NCBI GenBank assembly: GCA_951406725.2
Contig: OX597821.1
Location: forward strand, 186,001 to 250,000
Source of the DNA: Octopus vulgaris
Lineage: Eukaryota
DNA length: 64,000 bases
Reading direction: 5' to 3'
Shown here in pieces: positions 1 to 12,745 of this stretch. Each line of letters opens with the position of its first letter. Position 1 is the stretch's first letter. The position numbers and the translations under genes were made by a program. The notes under the pieces were generated by a model. That model was given only the letters and a program-made list of their open reading frames with translations. It searched no databases and was not told where the DNA came from.

Positions 1-313
1 TGAAGACTTTAACCAAAATTGTTGCAGACAACATCGTCTTCATTATTCCGCGGCCATCTTTAACCCGTTCTGTTTTTAGCGGCTGAACATTGTAACCTTA
101 CAAGAGATTAACTTTCAGCCTTGCGCGCCCAGAACCAAGGATATCAGATATACCACTGATTTCTCACCAGTATAAACAATAAAGTATATCGATTTTTTAC
201 GTCTGCGTTTTGTGTTTCTTTGACTGGTAGAATCTGGATTATTAAAGCAACGGAAAGTGATTGCTTCTCGCACCCCCAAAAGGTCCAGAGAAGATATTCA
301 CATTTTCATTACA
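1..313 (+). repeat. 5' LTR (partial)
   Basis: Matches 5143-5453 with about 4 substitutions and one 2-bp indel. Ends ...TCATTACA and contains TATAAA (171-176) and AATAAA (178-183). Confidence 0.95.
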
Positions 314-314
314 G

Positions 315-324
315 TGGTGACCCC
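315..324 (+). promoter_or_regulatory. Primer-binding site complementary to the tRNA-Trp 3' end
   Basis: TGGTGACCCC lies 1 nt after the LTR and is the reverse complement of GGGGUCACCA. Confidence 0.85.
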
Positions 325-769
325 TGAAGTTCCAGAGAACACTCAACAAAAAAGAAAAAAATCCAGTTTTTTCTGCCAAGTCTGAAACACGACCAACCTG
401 TTTTCCAGTCACTTTCAACAGTTTGTTTCTTCATCTGCACTCACGCACGGAAAGAAGAAAAAAAAAAAAGAAGAGAGGAAATTTTTTTTCTCGATTAAAA
501 CGCGACAAAGGTTGGTAAAACAAAAAAGAAAAGAATTTTTTCTATTCTCTGTGCACACAGTACAAACAAAAAAAAAACAAAAGAAAAAACATTTTTTTTT
601 GTAAATTGCACATTCAAAATTTATTGGTTCAATTGTTGGTTTTTCTTTCTTTCTTTCTTCCTTTTCTTTTTCCCTTTGTTTTTCCTTGTTGCGTCTGTTC
701 AGCGTTGATTCGTTGTCAGTTTTCTTTTTTCCATTTGACAGAGTCATCTAGTGAATAAAAGGCTACAAA

Positions 770-1485
770 ATGTTTATGGGTTCATTACCTACTTTTACAG
801 GTGATGCCACACTGTGGTTTTCACAGTTAGAGGCACAATTTCGTGCACAAAGTATTACTCCCGAGCAGCAGTTGCAAATCCTTTATGGTTGCATGCCGCC
901 TCAACTGGCATCTACAGCAAGAGACCTTATCACAGACCCTAGTCCAGGCGCTACTTATGCGTCTGTTAAATTAGAGGTAGAGAAAAGAAATACACGAAGC
1001 GAGGAAAGTCGTTTCAACGAATTAATGGCAGATGAGGAACTCGGAGACAGGACTCCGTCAGAATTTTTACAAAGACTGAGGGAGTTAAGTGGTAATGCAT
1101 CAGACGGAAGATTTTTTTTTCGAGGTTGCCCGCCTATATACAGACCGTTTTGGCAACCGGCTTAGAGACAAATACAGTGGACCAAATAGCAACGATGGCT
1201 GATAAGATGGTTGAATTTGCCATTCAACCATCGTCACGCTCTGCTTGTGCCTGTTCACAAACTTCTTCAGCCTCAATTGAGGGGCTTTCTAAACTAATAG
1301 AAACCCTCACTAAAAGGATGGACGCGATGTGTCGCGATGGTAAGCGATCTTCAAAATCGCGGAGTCGCAGTCGTTCATCCTCGAGATCAACACAGTCTAA
1401 GTCTGGACTGTGTTGGTACCACTCCAAGTATGGAGAGAATGCACATAGGTGCACACAGCCATGCACTTATAAGTCTTTAAACTAG
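770..1485 (+). pseudogene. gag: gag, split by a frameshifting deletion near 1100-1125
   Basis: ORFs 770-1165 and 1126-1485 give a continuous Gag (WFSQLEAQF, LGDRTPSEFL, C-terminal CWYH-x9-C-x3-C). Confidence 0.9.
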
Positions 1486-4400
1486 ATTCGGAGAATTTGA
1501 GCACGTCAACTTCCTCCACAGCATTTTCTAGTTATCGTGCATTCTTTGTTAAGGATCTAGTGTCGAAGAAAAACTTCATGGTGGACACTGGTTCTTGTTG
1601 CAGTATTTGGCCACTGCGTTGCACAACCGACAGGCCAAAACGATCTAACGTCATCTTGCACGCTATTGACTCGTCACCAATAGCCACATTCGGTCAGATC
1701 TCGTTACGCCTTGATATTAATCTTCGACGAGACTTTCAATGGGTTTTTGTCATTGCCGACATTCCGCATCCTATTTTAGGTGCGGATTTTCTGGATAAAT
1801 TTGATTTGTTGGTAGATGTCAGACGTCGGAGGTTGGTCGATAGTTCGACTACACTCTCCACGCCGACCGGAGAATCTACCAATTTAGCTCTTAGCCCGAC
1901 ATTTTTTGTCGGTACATCTGGAGATGTTTTTCACTCTCTTTTAGCTTCTTTTCCAGAGCTATATGATGTTACCTTTAGGGTGGCTAAGCCATTGCATTCG
2001 ACACGACACTTTATAACAACAACTGGACCGCCTGTTTTCTCGCGTCCAAGGCGTCTTGCACCTGATCGACTTAAAACTGCTAGGGCTGGGTTTGAGCATA
2101 TGCTCCAGCTCGGTCTGATACGCCCCTCCACCAGTCCATGGGCATCTCCCCTTCATTTAGTAAGAAAAGGGGATACAGATTTTCGCCCGGTGGGAGATTA
2201 TCAGCGTCTAAATTCGGTGACGATTCCGGACAAATATCCCATAAGGATTTTAAACGATTTTTCGGCAAATTTACATGGCTGTACTATTTTTTCTAAGGTT
2301 GACCTGATACGGGCCTACCATCAAATACCGGTCAACTCAGACGATATTCCTAAAACAGCAATTACTACTCCTTTTGGCTGTTTCGAATTTTTATTCATGA
2401 GTTTTGGTTTGAGGAATGCCACTAGTACTTTCCAACGGTTTATAGATGAAGTTGTTCGCGGACTTGATTTTGTGTTCGCGTATGTTGATGATATTCTAAT
2501 CGCAAGTGATACGCATGAAAATCATCTCCTGCACTTGTCTCAGCTTTTTCGGCGTCTTCGCGACTATGGTGTTCGCATTAATCCAGACAAGTGTGTTTTT
2601 GGGCAACCATCTCTTAATTTTCTCGGTCATTATATTGACTCGAGAGGAATCAAACCACTCTCATCCAAAGTCGATGCTATTCAGCGCATCGCACCACCTT
2701 CTTCTTTGCGTCAACTTCGCCATTTTTTAGGCATAGTAAATTTCTATAGACGTTTCATAGATCGGTGTGCGGACAAGTTGTTACCTTTAACACAGATGCT
2801 AAAGGGCAATTCCAAGAAGGACGCCCGTCTTGCTCTTTCGGCTGAAGCACTGTCTGCCTTTGAGTTGGTTAAAAAGGAACTAGCTTCAGTCCCTATTTTG
2901 GCACATCCGGCTCCTGATGCTCCACTTACTTTATCTGTGGACACATCAGAGTTTGCAATTGGTGCTGTTTTGCAGCACACCGTAGAGGGTGAAGTTAAAC
3001 CTTTAGCTTTCTTTTCTTGTCAGCTAAAGCCAGCTGAACGCAGATATAGTACCTTTGATCGAGAGTTACTAGCGATCTATCTGTCAGTTCGGCATTTTCA
3101 ACACCAGCTCGAGGGACGAGAGTTTGTGATTTATACTGATCACAAGCCCCTTACTTTTGCACTATTTTCTAAAACGGATAAACTCTCTCCTCGTGCTTTC
3201 CGTCACCTGGACTATATTTCCCAATTTACAAGTGACATTAGGCATGTGCCAGGCAGTGAGAACGTCCCTGCAGATGCTCTCTCTAGACTTCCTGTCAATT
3301 CCATTTCCTCTCCTGCAGCAATTGATTTAACTGCTATTTCGCAGGACCAACCACCTTTAGAGGAGTTGGATTTAACTTCGCCTAAGTTTATTAACTGTAA
3401 GTTTGTCTACCTTCCGCTCCCTACAGCGGAAGGCTCTATTCTTTATGACGTTTCTACCGGTTCACCTAGACCATTAGTACCTGAGAAACATCAACGTTCT
3501 GTGTTTGATGCTCTTCATTCACTGTCACATCCAGGTATCTCTGCCACAGTAAAGCTTGTTACTGCTCGGTTCTTCTGGCCCAATATGCGACGATCAATTA
3601 CCTCTTGGGCACGCTCTTGTTTGAGGTGCCAGAGTGCTAAAGTCCATAGACACGTTCGTGCTCCACTTGGACAATTTTCCTCTCCTGAAGCCCGTTTTCG
3701 CCATATCCACCTTGATTTGGTTGGACCATGGCCTGTGAGTCGCGGGTTCTCATACATTTTAACTTGTATTGATCGCTTTTCACGCTGGCCGGAAGCTATT
3801 CCTATAGCAGACATTTCAGCTGAAACTGTTGCGAGGGCTTTCGTATCTAATTGGATTTCGAGGTATGGTGTACCGTACAGTTTAACCACAGATCGTGGTC
3901 GACAATTCGAGTCTGCATTGTTTTGTGAGTTATCACGAATCCTGGGGATGCATCATATACGCACCACAAGTTACCACCCCGCTTCTAATGGGATGGTGGA
4001 GCGTTTCCATAGGCAACTTAAGGCCGCTTTGCGTGCCTCGCCGGACTGAATTTCATGGACTGAATTTCTACCGATCGTCCTGCTTGGATGTCGGACTGCG
4101 ATTAAAGCAGACCTTGGTTTTTCGTCTGCCGAGCTCTTGTATGGTACCACACTGGCATTGCCTGGTACGATGTTGGTGCCAGACAAGTCACAGTCTCTTA
4201 ATTTAGAGTCTTATGTTGCTCGATTACGCAGATATTTTTCTGCCCTTCCTCCTATGGACCCTCGACACCAAAATCCTCCTTCTAGTGTGCCATCAGACCT
4301 AAATTCTTGGACGCATGTTTTTATTCGTGATGATTCTGTCAAAGGACCTCTTGTTTCTCCTTATAAAGGACCTTTTCGTGTGATTTCTCGCACGCCGAAG

Positions 4401-4688
4401 GTATTCAAACTTGAAATTAACGGTCGTTCGGAGACCGTCTCCGTAGATCGTCTTAAAAGGGCATATTTTGAGGTGTCCACATCTTTTAATGACCCCACTG
4501 CCACAACCATCGTTGAACCTTCACATGCACCCTTGACAACACCACTATTTACACATGCACCATTATCAACACCAACATCGACAACACCACCTTCGTCGTC
4601 GCAGCCTGCCTCGAACAGACCTTATGTTACGAGGTCAGGCAGAACTGTTCACTGGCCGGAAAAACTTTCCAAAACTATTTATATTTGA
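1476..4688 (+). pseudogene. pol: pol (protease, RT, RNase H, integrase) with one in-frame TGA at 4047-4049
   Basis: Motifs VDTGS, YVDD, RNase H (DTS...YTDHKPL), HHCC, DDE integrase and GPF. ORF 4137-4688 is in the same frame after the stop. Confidence 0.95.
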
Positions 4689-4888
4689 CATTTTCAATTG
4701 TCTTCCCAGTGACAGTTCAATACTCATTGAACTTTGCTCATTTTGAGTATTTTTTCTCTTTTTACCTTTTAGGTGAATTTTTTTTTTTTTTGTTTTAATG
4801 TATTATATTGTGTGCTATTTTGGTTGTCTGGTATCCACCTTGAGTTTTGCAGTCACTACAAGAAGTTTCCTTCGTGCATACGCACTTG

Positions 4889-4900
4889 TGGGGGAGCCTT
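4889..4900 (+). promoter_or_regulatory. Polypurine tract
   Basis: GGGGGAG lies just before the TG start of the 3' LTR. Confidence 0.75.
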
Positions 4901-5453
4901 TGTAGTGACGCTATACAACAGCGCGCGCGCGCAACGCCCTTTTCTGATTCGCGCGTGTTTTCATCACCAAGAGGGAATATTGCTATCGTGGAATTAGCTG
5001 ATTGGCTAGGAAAAGCGACCCTTAGAAAAGAGGCAAGGGAACGCAAAAACCTTGACCATCAGCGTCCAGCAGAGAGACAGCAGAAGGCCTTTGATACCAG
5101 CAGACGTATATTTCCCTCTGTCCGAATTTGATAGCAGTCGGCTGCAGACATTAACCAAAATTGTTGCAGACAACATCGTCTTCATTATTCCGCGGCCATC
5201 TTTAACCCGTTCTGTTTTTAGCGGCTGAACATTGTAACCTTACAAGAGATTAACTTTCAGCCTTGCGCGCCCAGAACCAAGGATATCAGATATACCAGAT
5301 TTCTCACCGGTATAAACAATAAAGTATATCTATTTTTTACGTCTGCGTTTTGTGTTTCTTTGACTGGTAGAATCTGGATTATTAAAGCAACGGAAAGTGA
5401 TTGCTTCTCGCACCCCCAAAAGGTCCAGAGAAGATATTCACATTTTCATTACA
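4901..5453 (+). repeat. 3' LTR (553 bp)
   Basis: Termini TGTAGTGA...TCATTACA; the distal 311 bp match the 5' LTR. Confidence 0.95.
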
Positions 5454-6114
5454 CTCTTTTTCATTAAGGTTCTGTTACTAAAATTATTTAAAAATTGTTT
5501 TAGAAAATGTAACAAACACTTTAAATAACCTTAACTATAGAACAAAATTTAAAAAATAATGCATAATATTCTGTTGTGTTGTATGTTTACCATTATACCT
5601 TCTACTTCGTTCCATAGTTATAGTCTTTCGTACACAGATGGCAGCAGGTTAAATATATAGACTAGCAGTACTTGTTGAAATTCCATTGTTATTTTGAAAA
5701 CTGTTAGATAGTTTAGAAGTTTAGAGAAAATGGTGAAATACTGTTTTTTCTCTCTTTGGAAACAACTGATTCTTCAAATAGTGTGAAAGTCCACATAGGT
5801 TGTATTGAATATGAAATCTTGAGGAGACAGCATTTCTTAAAGCTATATTCCTCTTCTGCCTTGAACGTTGTTATCTATATTTTTTCCTTTATGTCAAGAA
5901 GTAGCCTTAACTTTGCAAATCAAAGATGACATCATCACCATTTAACTTCCATTTTCTATGCTGGCATGAGTTGGACCAGCTGAAGGGTTGTTTAGACATG
6001 GTTTCTATGGCTGGATGCCCTTCTTAATGCTATCATCTATGCTAATATTCTGCTACTGTATGACTATGTTGATAAACTTTTAACAAATCTTAGTACACTG
6101 TATTACATCCTTAA

Positions 6115-6460
6115 TGTGTCGTTAAGAAGCTTGCTTTGCAACTGTGTGGTTTTAGGTTCAGTCCCACTGCACAGCAAGTGTTTTCTATTGTATCCTTGGG
6201 CCAACCAATGTCGTGACAGTGAAGTTGGCAGATGGAAACTGTTTGAAACCTGTCATATGTGTGTATTTGTATATCTTCGTCTTGTATCATCTCTGCTTAA
6301 TGACTGATGTTGGTTTGTTTATGTCCCTGTAGCTTAGCTGTTCAGCAAAAGGAGACTGAGAGTATAAGTACCAGACTTAAAAGTAAGTATTGTGGTCGAT
6401 TTGTTTGGCTATGCTCATCAAGGCAGTGCCCCAGAATGGCCGTAATCCAGTGACTGAAAA
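6115..6460 (+). mobile_element. SINE family A, degenerate copy
   Basis: GGTTCAGTCCCACTGC B-box-like head and tail matching the better-preserved copies. Confidence 0.7.
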
Positions 6461-6747
6461 TATGGCTCCTAGCATAAAATTCATATAGCTGGATTTGAAC
6501 CCACAATCCTAATGAATGAAGAATAGCAGCTACTCCACTGAGCTATGAATTCTAAAACAAAATATTAATACTGGTGCAGGTATGGCTGCATTGCTAGAAG
6601 GTCCACTTTGTTATCTTAAGGTTAAGTGTTTGGTCCCACAGTGTAGCATCTAGGGCAAGTATCTTCTGCTATAAACTCCAGGTAATTAACGCCTTGAGTG
6701 GATTTTGGTTGACAGAAACAATATGGAAACCCAACATATGTATGTGT

Positions 6748-7420
6748 AGGTGCAGGTGTGGCTGTGTGGTAAGTAACCTGCTTACCAACCACATGGTTTT
6801 GGGTTCAGTCCCACTGCATGGCACCTTGGGCAAGTGTCTTCTACTATAGCCTCGGGCCGACCAAAGCCTTGTGAGTAGATGTGGTAGACGGAAACTGAAA
6901 GAAGCCCGTCATATATATATATATATATAGTTTGTTTTTCAATGAAAAATAAAGTATTGCAATACAAATGTATTACCTTCCAGTAAAATAAAGCACCGTA
7001 AAGATAGAAGTATAAATATAGAGTAGTGGTACCACAAAGCACCAATGTTTACTGGAAATAGCAGTCGATACATTTACGACACTATAGTAAAGCTTCATTG
7101 TGTTCATACTGGTTAAGCAGTGTGAGGGCAGCAAACATTAAAAATTTCGTCTTACCTCTCGGAAGAACGTTATATAAATGGACAACCCAGATAATCCAGT
7201 ACCTAGGCTTCGGACTCTTCAAATACGTTTGTCATCGTAAATTTGATTAATCTTCATCAGCTGGATTTACTGCTATTTCCAGTAACTTAGCGGTTTGGCA
7301 GAAGAGACTGGTAGAATAAGTACTAGGCTTACAAAGAATAAGTCCTGGGGTTGATTTGTTCGACTAAAGGTGGTGCATGGCTACAGTTAAATGACTGAAA
7401 CAAAAAAAAAAAATAAAAGA
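6748..7420 (+). mobile_element. SINE family A interrupted by an insert at about 6930-7283
   Basis: Head at 6748-6930, ending in (TA)n. The body resumes at GTAACTTAGCGG (about 7282). Confidence 0.8.
7193..7267 (-). ncRNA. Type I hammerhead ribozyme motif (GAAG variant)
   Basis: Minus strand reads AATCCAG-CTGATGA-long stem II region-GAAG-CCTAGG-TA-CTGGATT, with a 7-bp stem I. Confidence 0.65.
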
Positions 7421-7589
7421 ATGCGTGTTTATATTTCTGCCTCTTGAAACCAGTGATGTTGATGTATCATAACTATAGTAGTTTGACAAATACACATTGA
7501 TAAAATATTTACCAAACTTTAAAATTACTTGTGTTGATATGCTTGCCTAAACCTTTGAAGGTGGTACCCAAGCATGACTGCAATCTGAT

Positions 7590-7930
7590 CTGAGAGACCC
7601 CTTCGGTCACGATACAGACCATGGGATTGCACCTAGAAAGTTACCCTCCCAGGCACATGTCCAGGCAAGGTTGTTTATGGAAGACCAGTTGTCACCCATG
7701 CATACCGGCCTCCCCTCTCCATACCACCAGTGTTATCCAAGGGAAAGGTAAAGGGGCCGATACAGCTTGGCACCTGTGATGTCGCAGCTCATTTCTACAG
7801 CTGTGTGAACTGGAGCAATGTGAAATAAAGTGCCTTGCTCAAGAACACAACACGCAGCCCAGTCCTGGATTCGAGCTCACAACCTCACGATCATAAGCTT
7901 GACGCTCTAACCACTGAGCCATGTGCCTTC
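7590..7930 (-). mobile_element. tRNA-derived SINE family B
   Basis: Reverse-complement match to 38253-38580. Confidence 0.85.
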
Positions 7931-8539
7931 ACATCTGATAACCTGTAAAAAATTAAGTGAATAAAGGAATATACAAATACTACTCTTATATGGCATGAGT
8001 TGAACAGCCTGACAGAAACTGGCAATGCTGGGAGCTGCACCAGGTTCCATAGCCTGTTTTTGCAGGGTTTCTACAACCACATGCCCTTCCTAATGCCGAC
8101 CACTCCACAGAGTGCACTAGGTAATTTTTATGTGGCACCATCACCAGTGCTTTTTATGTGGCACCAGCCTCAACAGGATCACCAGCGGATGAAATGTGGG
8201 TGGAGGGAGAATCCTTCATGGGCGGGACAGAGCCCCTCATGGGTAAGCATTATCAAGGTGTTCTTTTTTTTTTTATATACACAAAAAGGGTAGAACACAT
8301 GAATGGCTTAAGTAATTTTCATAAATGAAATTAAAATGAGCTAAGATAAATAATTCTGAGAAGCTAGTGGCATGTATTTGAACAATAAAGATAACTAAGG
8401 GTAGATTAATATACAAGATACATCCATGATTTATTAAAAAATTATCTTTGCTTCAAATGAGGGTAGACTAATTGTTTGGTGACAATTCTTCCATGTTATT
8501 TCTCTTATCTCCCTTTCAGTTCCTTTCTTGGCACAAATG

Positions 8540-9893
8540 TGATTGTGTCCTAAAGTGTTTGTTTCCCAATCACATTGTTTCAGGTTCATTCAGTCCCACT
8601 GCATGGCACTTTGGGCGAGTGTCTTCTTTTATAGCTCTAGACTGACCAAAGCCTTGTCAGTTGATGGAAACTGTAAGAAGCCTGTGGCTGTGTGGTGAGA
8701 AGCTTGCTTCCCAATCACATGGTTCTGAGTTCAGTCCCACTGCGTGGCACCTTGAACAAGTATCTTTTATGATATCCTTGGGTTGACTAAAGCCTTGTGA
8801 GTGGATTTGGTAGATGGAAACTGAAAGAAGCCTGTCATATATGTATATATGCATATCTATGTGTGTGTGTCTGTGTTTGTTTACGTTGGTGTGTTTACGT
8901 CCTCATAACTTAGCAGTTTGGCAAAAGAATTAGTACTAGGCTGAAAAAAAAAAAAGCAAGTGCTAAGTTTATTTGTTCAACAAAAACTCTGCAATATGGT
9001 GCCCCAGCATGGCTGAGTTTAATAACTGAAACACGTGAAAGTTAACAAAATAAAAGATCAGCAATTTGTGTACAGCCCATGGCACTGTGGAAAGGTAGTT
9101 GTTACAAATGACTATGATCATTTTATATTTTTTATTCTTTTATTTGTTTCAGTCATTTGACTGTGACCATGCTGAGGCACCATATCTAGTTGAGCAAATA
9201 GACCCCAGAACTTATTCTTTTTTGCCGGACTGCTAAATGATGGGGACGCAAACACACTTGCATTGGTTGTCAAGCAATGTTGGGGGGACAAACACACACA
9301 CACATACATACATATATACGATGGGCTTCTTTCAGTTTCCATCTACCAAATCCACTCACAAGACTTTGCTTGGCTTGAAGCTGTAGTAGAAGACACTTGC
9401 CCAAGGTGCCATGCAGTGGGACTGAACCCAGAACCATGTGGTTGGTAAGCAAGCTACTTACCACAAACCCACTCCAACGCCATATGGCACCTTGGGCAAG
9501 TGTCATCCACTTGGGCCGACCAAAGACTTGTAAGTTGATTTGGTAGATGGAAACTGGAAGAAGCCCGTTGTGTATATATACATATGTATGTTTGTCCACC
9601 ACCATCGCTTGACAACCACGTGTTGGTGTGTTTATGTCCCTGTAACATTTGTGACTTGGCAAAAAGAGACTGATAGAATAAGTAGCAGCAATGGCCACAG
9701 TCAAATGACTGAGCAAGTAAAAGAAAGAATATATATGTGCAGGAGTGGCTGTGCGGTAGGTAGCTTGCTTCCCAACCGCATGGTTCCGACTTCAGTCCCT
9801 TTGTGTGGCCCCTTAGTCAAGTGTCTTCTTCTGTAGCCTCAGGCTGACCAAAGCCTTGAGTAGATTTGCTATACGGAAACTAAAAGAAGCCTG

Positions 9894-9900
<7 letters not shown>
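8540..9900. mobile_element. Cluster of SINE family A copies (about 8540-9040 +, 9130-9455 -, 9460-9730 +, 9735-9900 +)
   Basis: Repeated CACCTTGGGCAAGTGTCTTC, GGAAACTGAAAGAAGCCC and CAGTCAAATGACTGA motifs. Confidence 0.8.
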
Positions 9901-9935
<35 letters not shown>

Positions 9936-10164
9936 CTGCATGTGTACTTGAACACATGCATGGCACACAGACGCATATATATGCATCTGTCTACATATAT
10001 TGTTTGGCATTAGGAAGTGCATTCAGCTGCAGAAACCATGCCAAACCAGACACTGAAGTACAGTAAGTCCTTGAGCTCATCAGATCCTGTCAAATTGTCC
10101 AGCGTGGTACATTGACATTAAACTGTGATGATGATACATACAATATAGATGTAAATATAAAGGG

Positions 10165-10460
10165 TAAAGAACCCTTCCTTTCGATCATGAATGATCATGG
10201 GATTGCACCTAGAGGCACAAGTTTGGGCAAGGTTGTTTATGAAAGACTGGCAGTCACCCATGCATATCAGCCTTCCCTCTCCATGCCACTGATGTTATCC
10301 AAGGGAAAGGCAAAAGCTAGATACTGCTTGGCACCAGCTGAGTGAACTGGAGCGACATGAAATAAAGTGTCTTGCTCAAGAACACAACGCACAGCCTAGT
10401 CCAGGAATCAAACTCACTACCTCATGATTGTGAGCCCAACACTTTAACCACTGAGCCATG
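10165..10460 (-). mobile_element. SINE family B, internally deleted
   Basis: Homologous to 7590-7930 and 38253-38580. Confidence 0.8.
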
Positions 10461-10472
10461 GGAAACTGCTTA

Positions 10473-10815
10473 TCTATTGAATAAAATCCGTTCTGTCTGT
10501 CTGTGTGTGTGTCTTCTAGGATCTCGGGCATCATCCATCCGATTGCACTCAAATTTGATACCAATGGTATCAGGGCGTGTATAAGTCTTGAAAAAATTAC
10601 AAAAATTGATTCCAGGTGAGAATACGATCGATAAAGCTGTGGGAACGTGCATTTGTAAAATCGTTTTTCTTGGAATAGAAAAAAAGTCTTATTTCTTCTT
10701 TTGCTGGTGTCTCAAATTTAGATTAAATCAGTGTTTCTCAAAGTCGTTTTGACAAAATTTGGTTTAAATGTTTGACAACTCAGCACCACCCACTGGACGG
10801 GGGGCGTTTTGCTTG
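10473..10815 (+). mobile_element. Non-autonomous Helitron-like element
   Basis: A|TC 5' end followed by (CTGT)n/(GT)n, a GC-rich subterminal hairpin-like segment and a CTTG|T 3' end. Confidence 0.55.
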
Positions 10816-11998
10816 TTATATATAATTAGGAATAATATTATAATGATTAATGGGTAGCAGATACGTTCAGGGTATTGAGGTGTCCTCTACATGCTATAAG
10901 CTGCTTATTGTTATTAAAAAATCGATCTCATTGCATGCTTTCCATTATATGTATGTGAACACACACATGTACATATATGTATAAATTACGAGGGGAGCTT
11001 CAGATCAGGATGTTCACATAAGTTCGATTTCTGCCATTTTGATGGGGATTTTTCCTATTTATTTTTTCACCATGGTCTTGGAAATGAAGGGTGGCATCTT
11101 TGTATGAAAAAAATTTTTTTAATTTGATTTTCTTTTTCATACCGATTATGGCTAATTTTGTTTTGCATTACGCACTTAAAAACCATTTGAGAAGCCTTTT
11201 TGGTAAAAGGGGGAAAAAAATTGAAAACAAACATTTTCAGATGAAAAAATGTGATTTAAAGGACATTTGGCTGGGATTTCTTGCACTACCCTCGACCACC
11301 TTCTTTCTTTGTCACTCTCACATGTCTTTTTTTCAATAATTTTCTCTCTGTAAATATATTTTATGGTTTGATGATGCAGAGGTAACACACGGGTAGGCCA
11401 TTGCTGGGATTTAAGCAACAAAAAATAAAAAATTTGAATTTGAATTTTTAACCCCCACCACGAACCAAGCGAAGTCGTGTGTGTGTGTAAGAAAAATATA
11501 CATTTTTAAAAAATCACTGTGGATAAATCCCAGTCCTGACCTCAGGATCTCCAATATTTAAAAATTATAAACAGAAACAATGGGGGGGGAGGGGAGTGGG
11601 GTTGAAAAAAAATCATAAATTTTCAAAAATTCTTTTTTCATGGAAAAGGCTTCTCCCATGGATTTTAAGTGAAACAGAAATCCAAAGTGCGGGGTGGGGG
11701 ATAAGGAATAAAAATCTTCAAAAGGTCCTTTCATCATTTCGAAGGCCGTGGTGAAAAACAAAATTGGGAAAAACCCCGACATAACGGAGAAAATGAAACT
11801 TTTGTGGGCGTTCTGATGGGAAAGTCGGCTAATTGCATTCCGTAATGAGTTCTTTTAATTTTCTTAACTATATAATACACGCGCACGTTGAGTGTCTCTC
11901 TCTCTATGTATGTGTGTGTGTATATATATATCTCTCCTTCTCTTTAGGGGACAATACAGCATGATATGGGGGTCAGTATGTGTGTATATATATTTAAA

Positions 11999-12041
<43 letters not shown>

Positions 12042-12629
12042 CACATCCATACATATAATACACGCGCACGTTGTGTGTGTGTATATAACAAATAATATAT
12101 TATTACCCACAATTCCTTTCAAATAAGACATCCGGTTCCGGTGGTCTATTCCTGTTCTTGTATTTTTTCCGTTTATATAATTCTAACCAGAAATTAGCGC
12201 TCCACCCCTGGCTATCCCTCTCAACGAAGGTAGGAACACCATTACGTTTCCTTTATGCCCCTAAATATACACAATGGAATGTTTCGCCTTCCTCGGCCAA
12301 CTCGGCCCACATTCCGTCAACTTTCCTTTTGTCCATTTCTACATCTTAATTAATCTTTTCTCTCTCGGGTTTTATTGAAAAATGCAGGAACACTTCAACA
12401 TATAGTTCTGTCAGACTTTGCCCTTAACAGTTTTTCCTCCATGTCTTGACTAGTTTTCACGTTGATCCGGTGTTTCTCTGGTGATATCCTATTTCCATGT
12501 CGGAGAAAACAAACTAAAACGAAAGTATACAGCGGATATAATTGTTTCACTATTGAATACTTTTGTTTATAACAACGTTTATTTTTATGGACGCATTTTG
12601 GTTATAGAAACATTCTATTATACACGATC

Positions 12630-12745
12630 GAAGGCAGCGAGCTGGCAGAATCGTTAGCGCGTCGCACAAAATGCTAATTGATTCAGGCTCTATATGTTCT
12701 GAGTTCAAATCCTACCGAGGCCGATAAAATAAAGGACCAGTCAAG
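12630..12745 (+). mobile_element. tRNA-derived SINE family C, head fragment
   Basis: GGCAGCGAGCTGGCAGAATCGTTAGC...GAGTTCAAATCC resembles A and B boxes. Degenerate relatives lie near 35380-35520, 51150-51545 and 55070-55200. Confidence 0.6.

Larger units (their letters stand above)
1..5453 (+). mobile_element. Ty3/Gypsy LTR retrotransposon, CsRn1-like clade (5' LTR cut by the window edge)
   Basis: Paired LTRs, PBS, PPT, gag with a CHCC motif and pol in the order PR-RT-RH-IN. Confidence 0.95.

Noticed and set aside
415-747. 110-aa minus-strand ORF in the LTR element leader, and other antisense ORFs over pol, Tx1 and RTE
   Set aside because: They are low-complexity or shadow ORFs opposite real coding frames, with no recognisable motifs.
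4555-5131. Possible env-like third ORF
   Set aside because: Only short overlapping ORFs are present, with no signal peptide, furin site or transmembrane architecture.
11000-11860. Homopolymer-rich unique-looking segment with short ORFs
   Set aside because: It has no coherent coding or structural signal and may be a decayed repeat or low-quality consensus.
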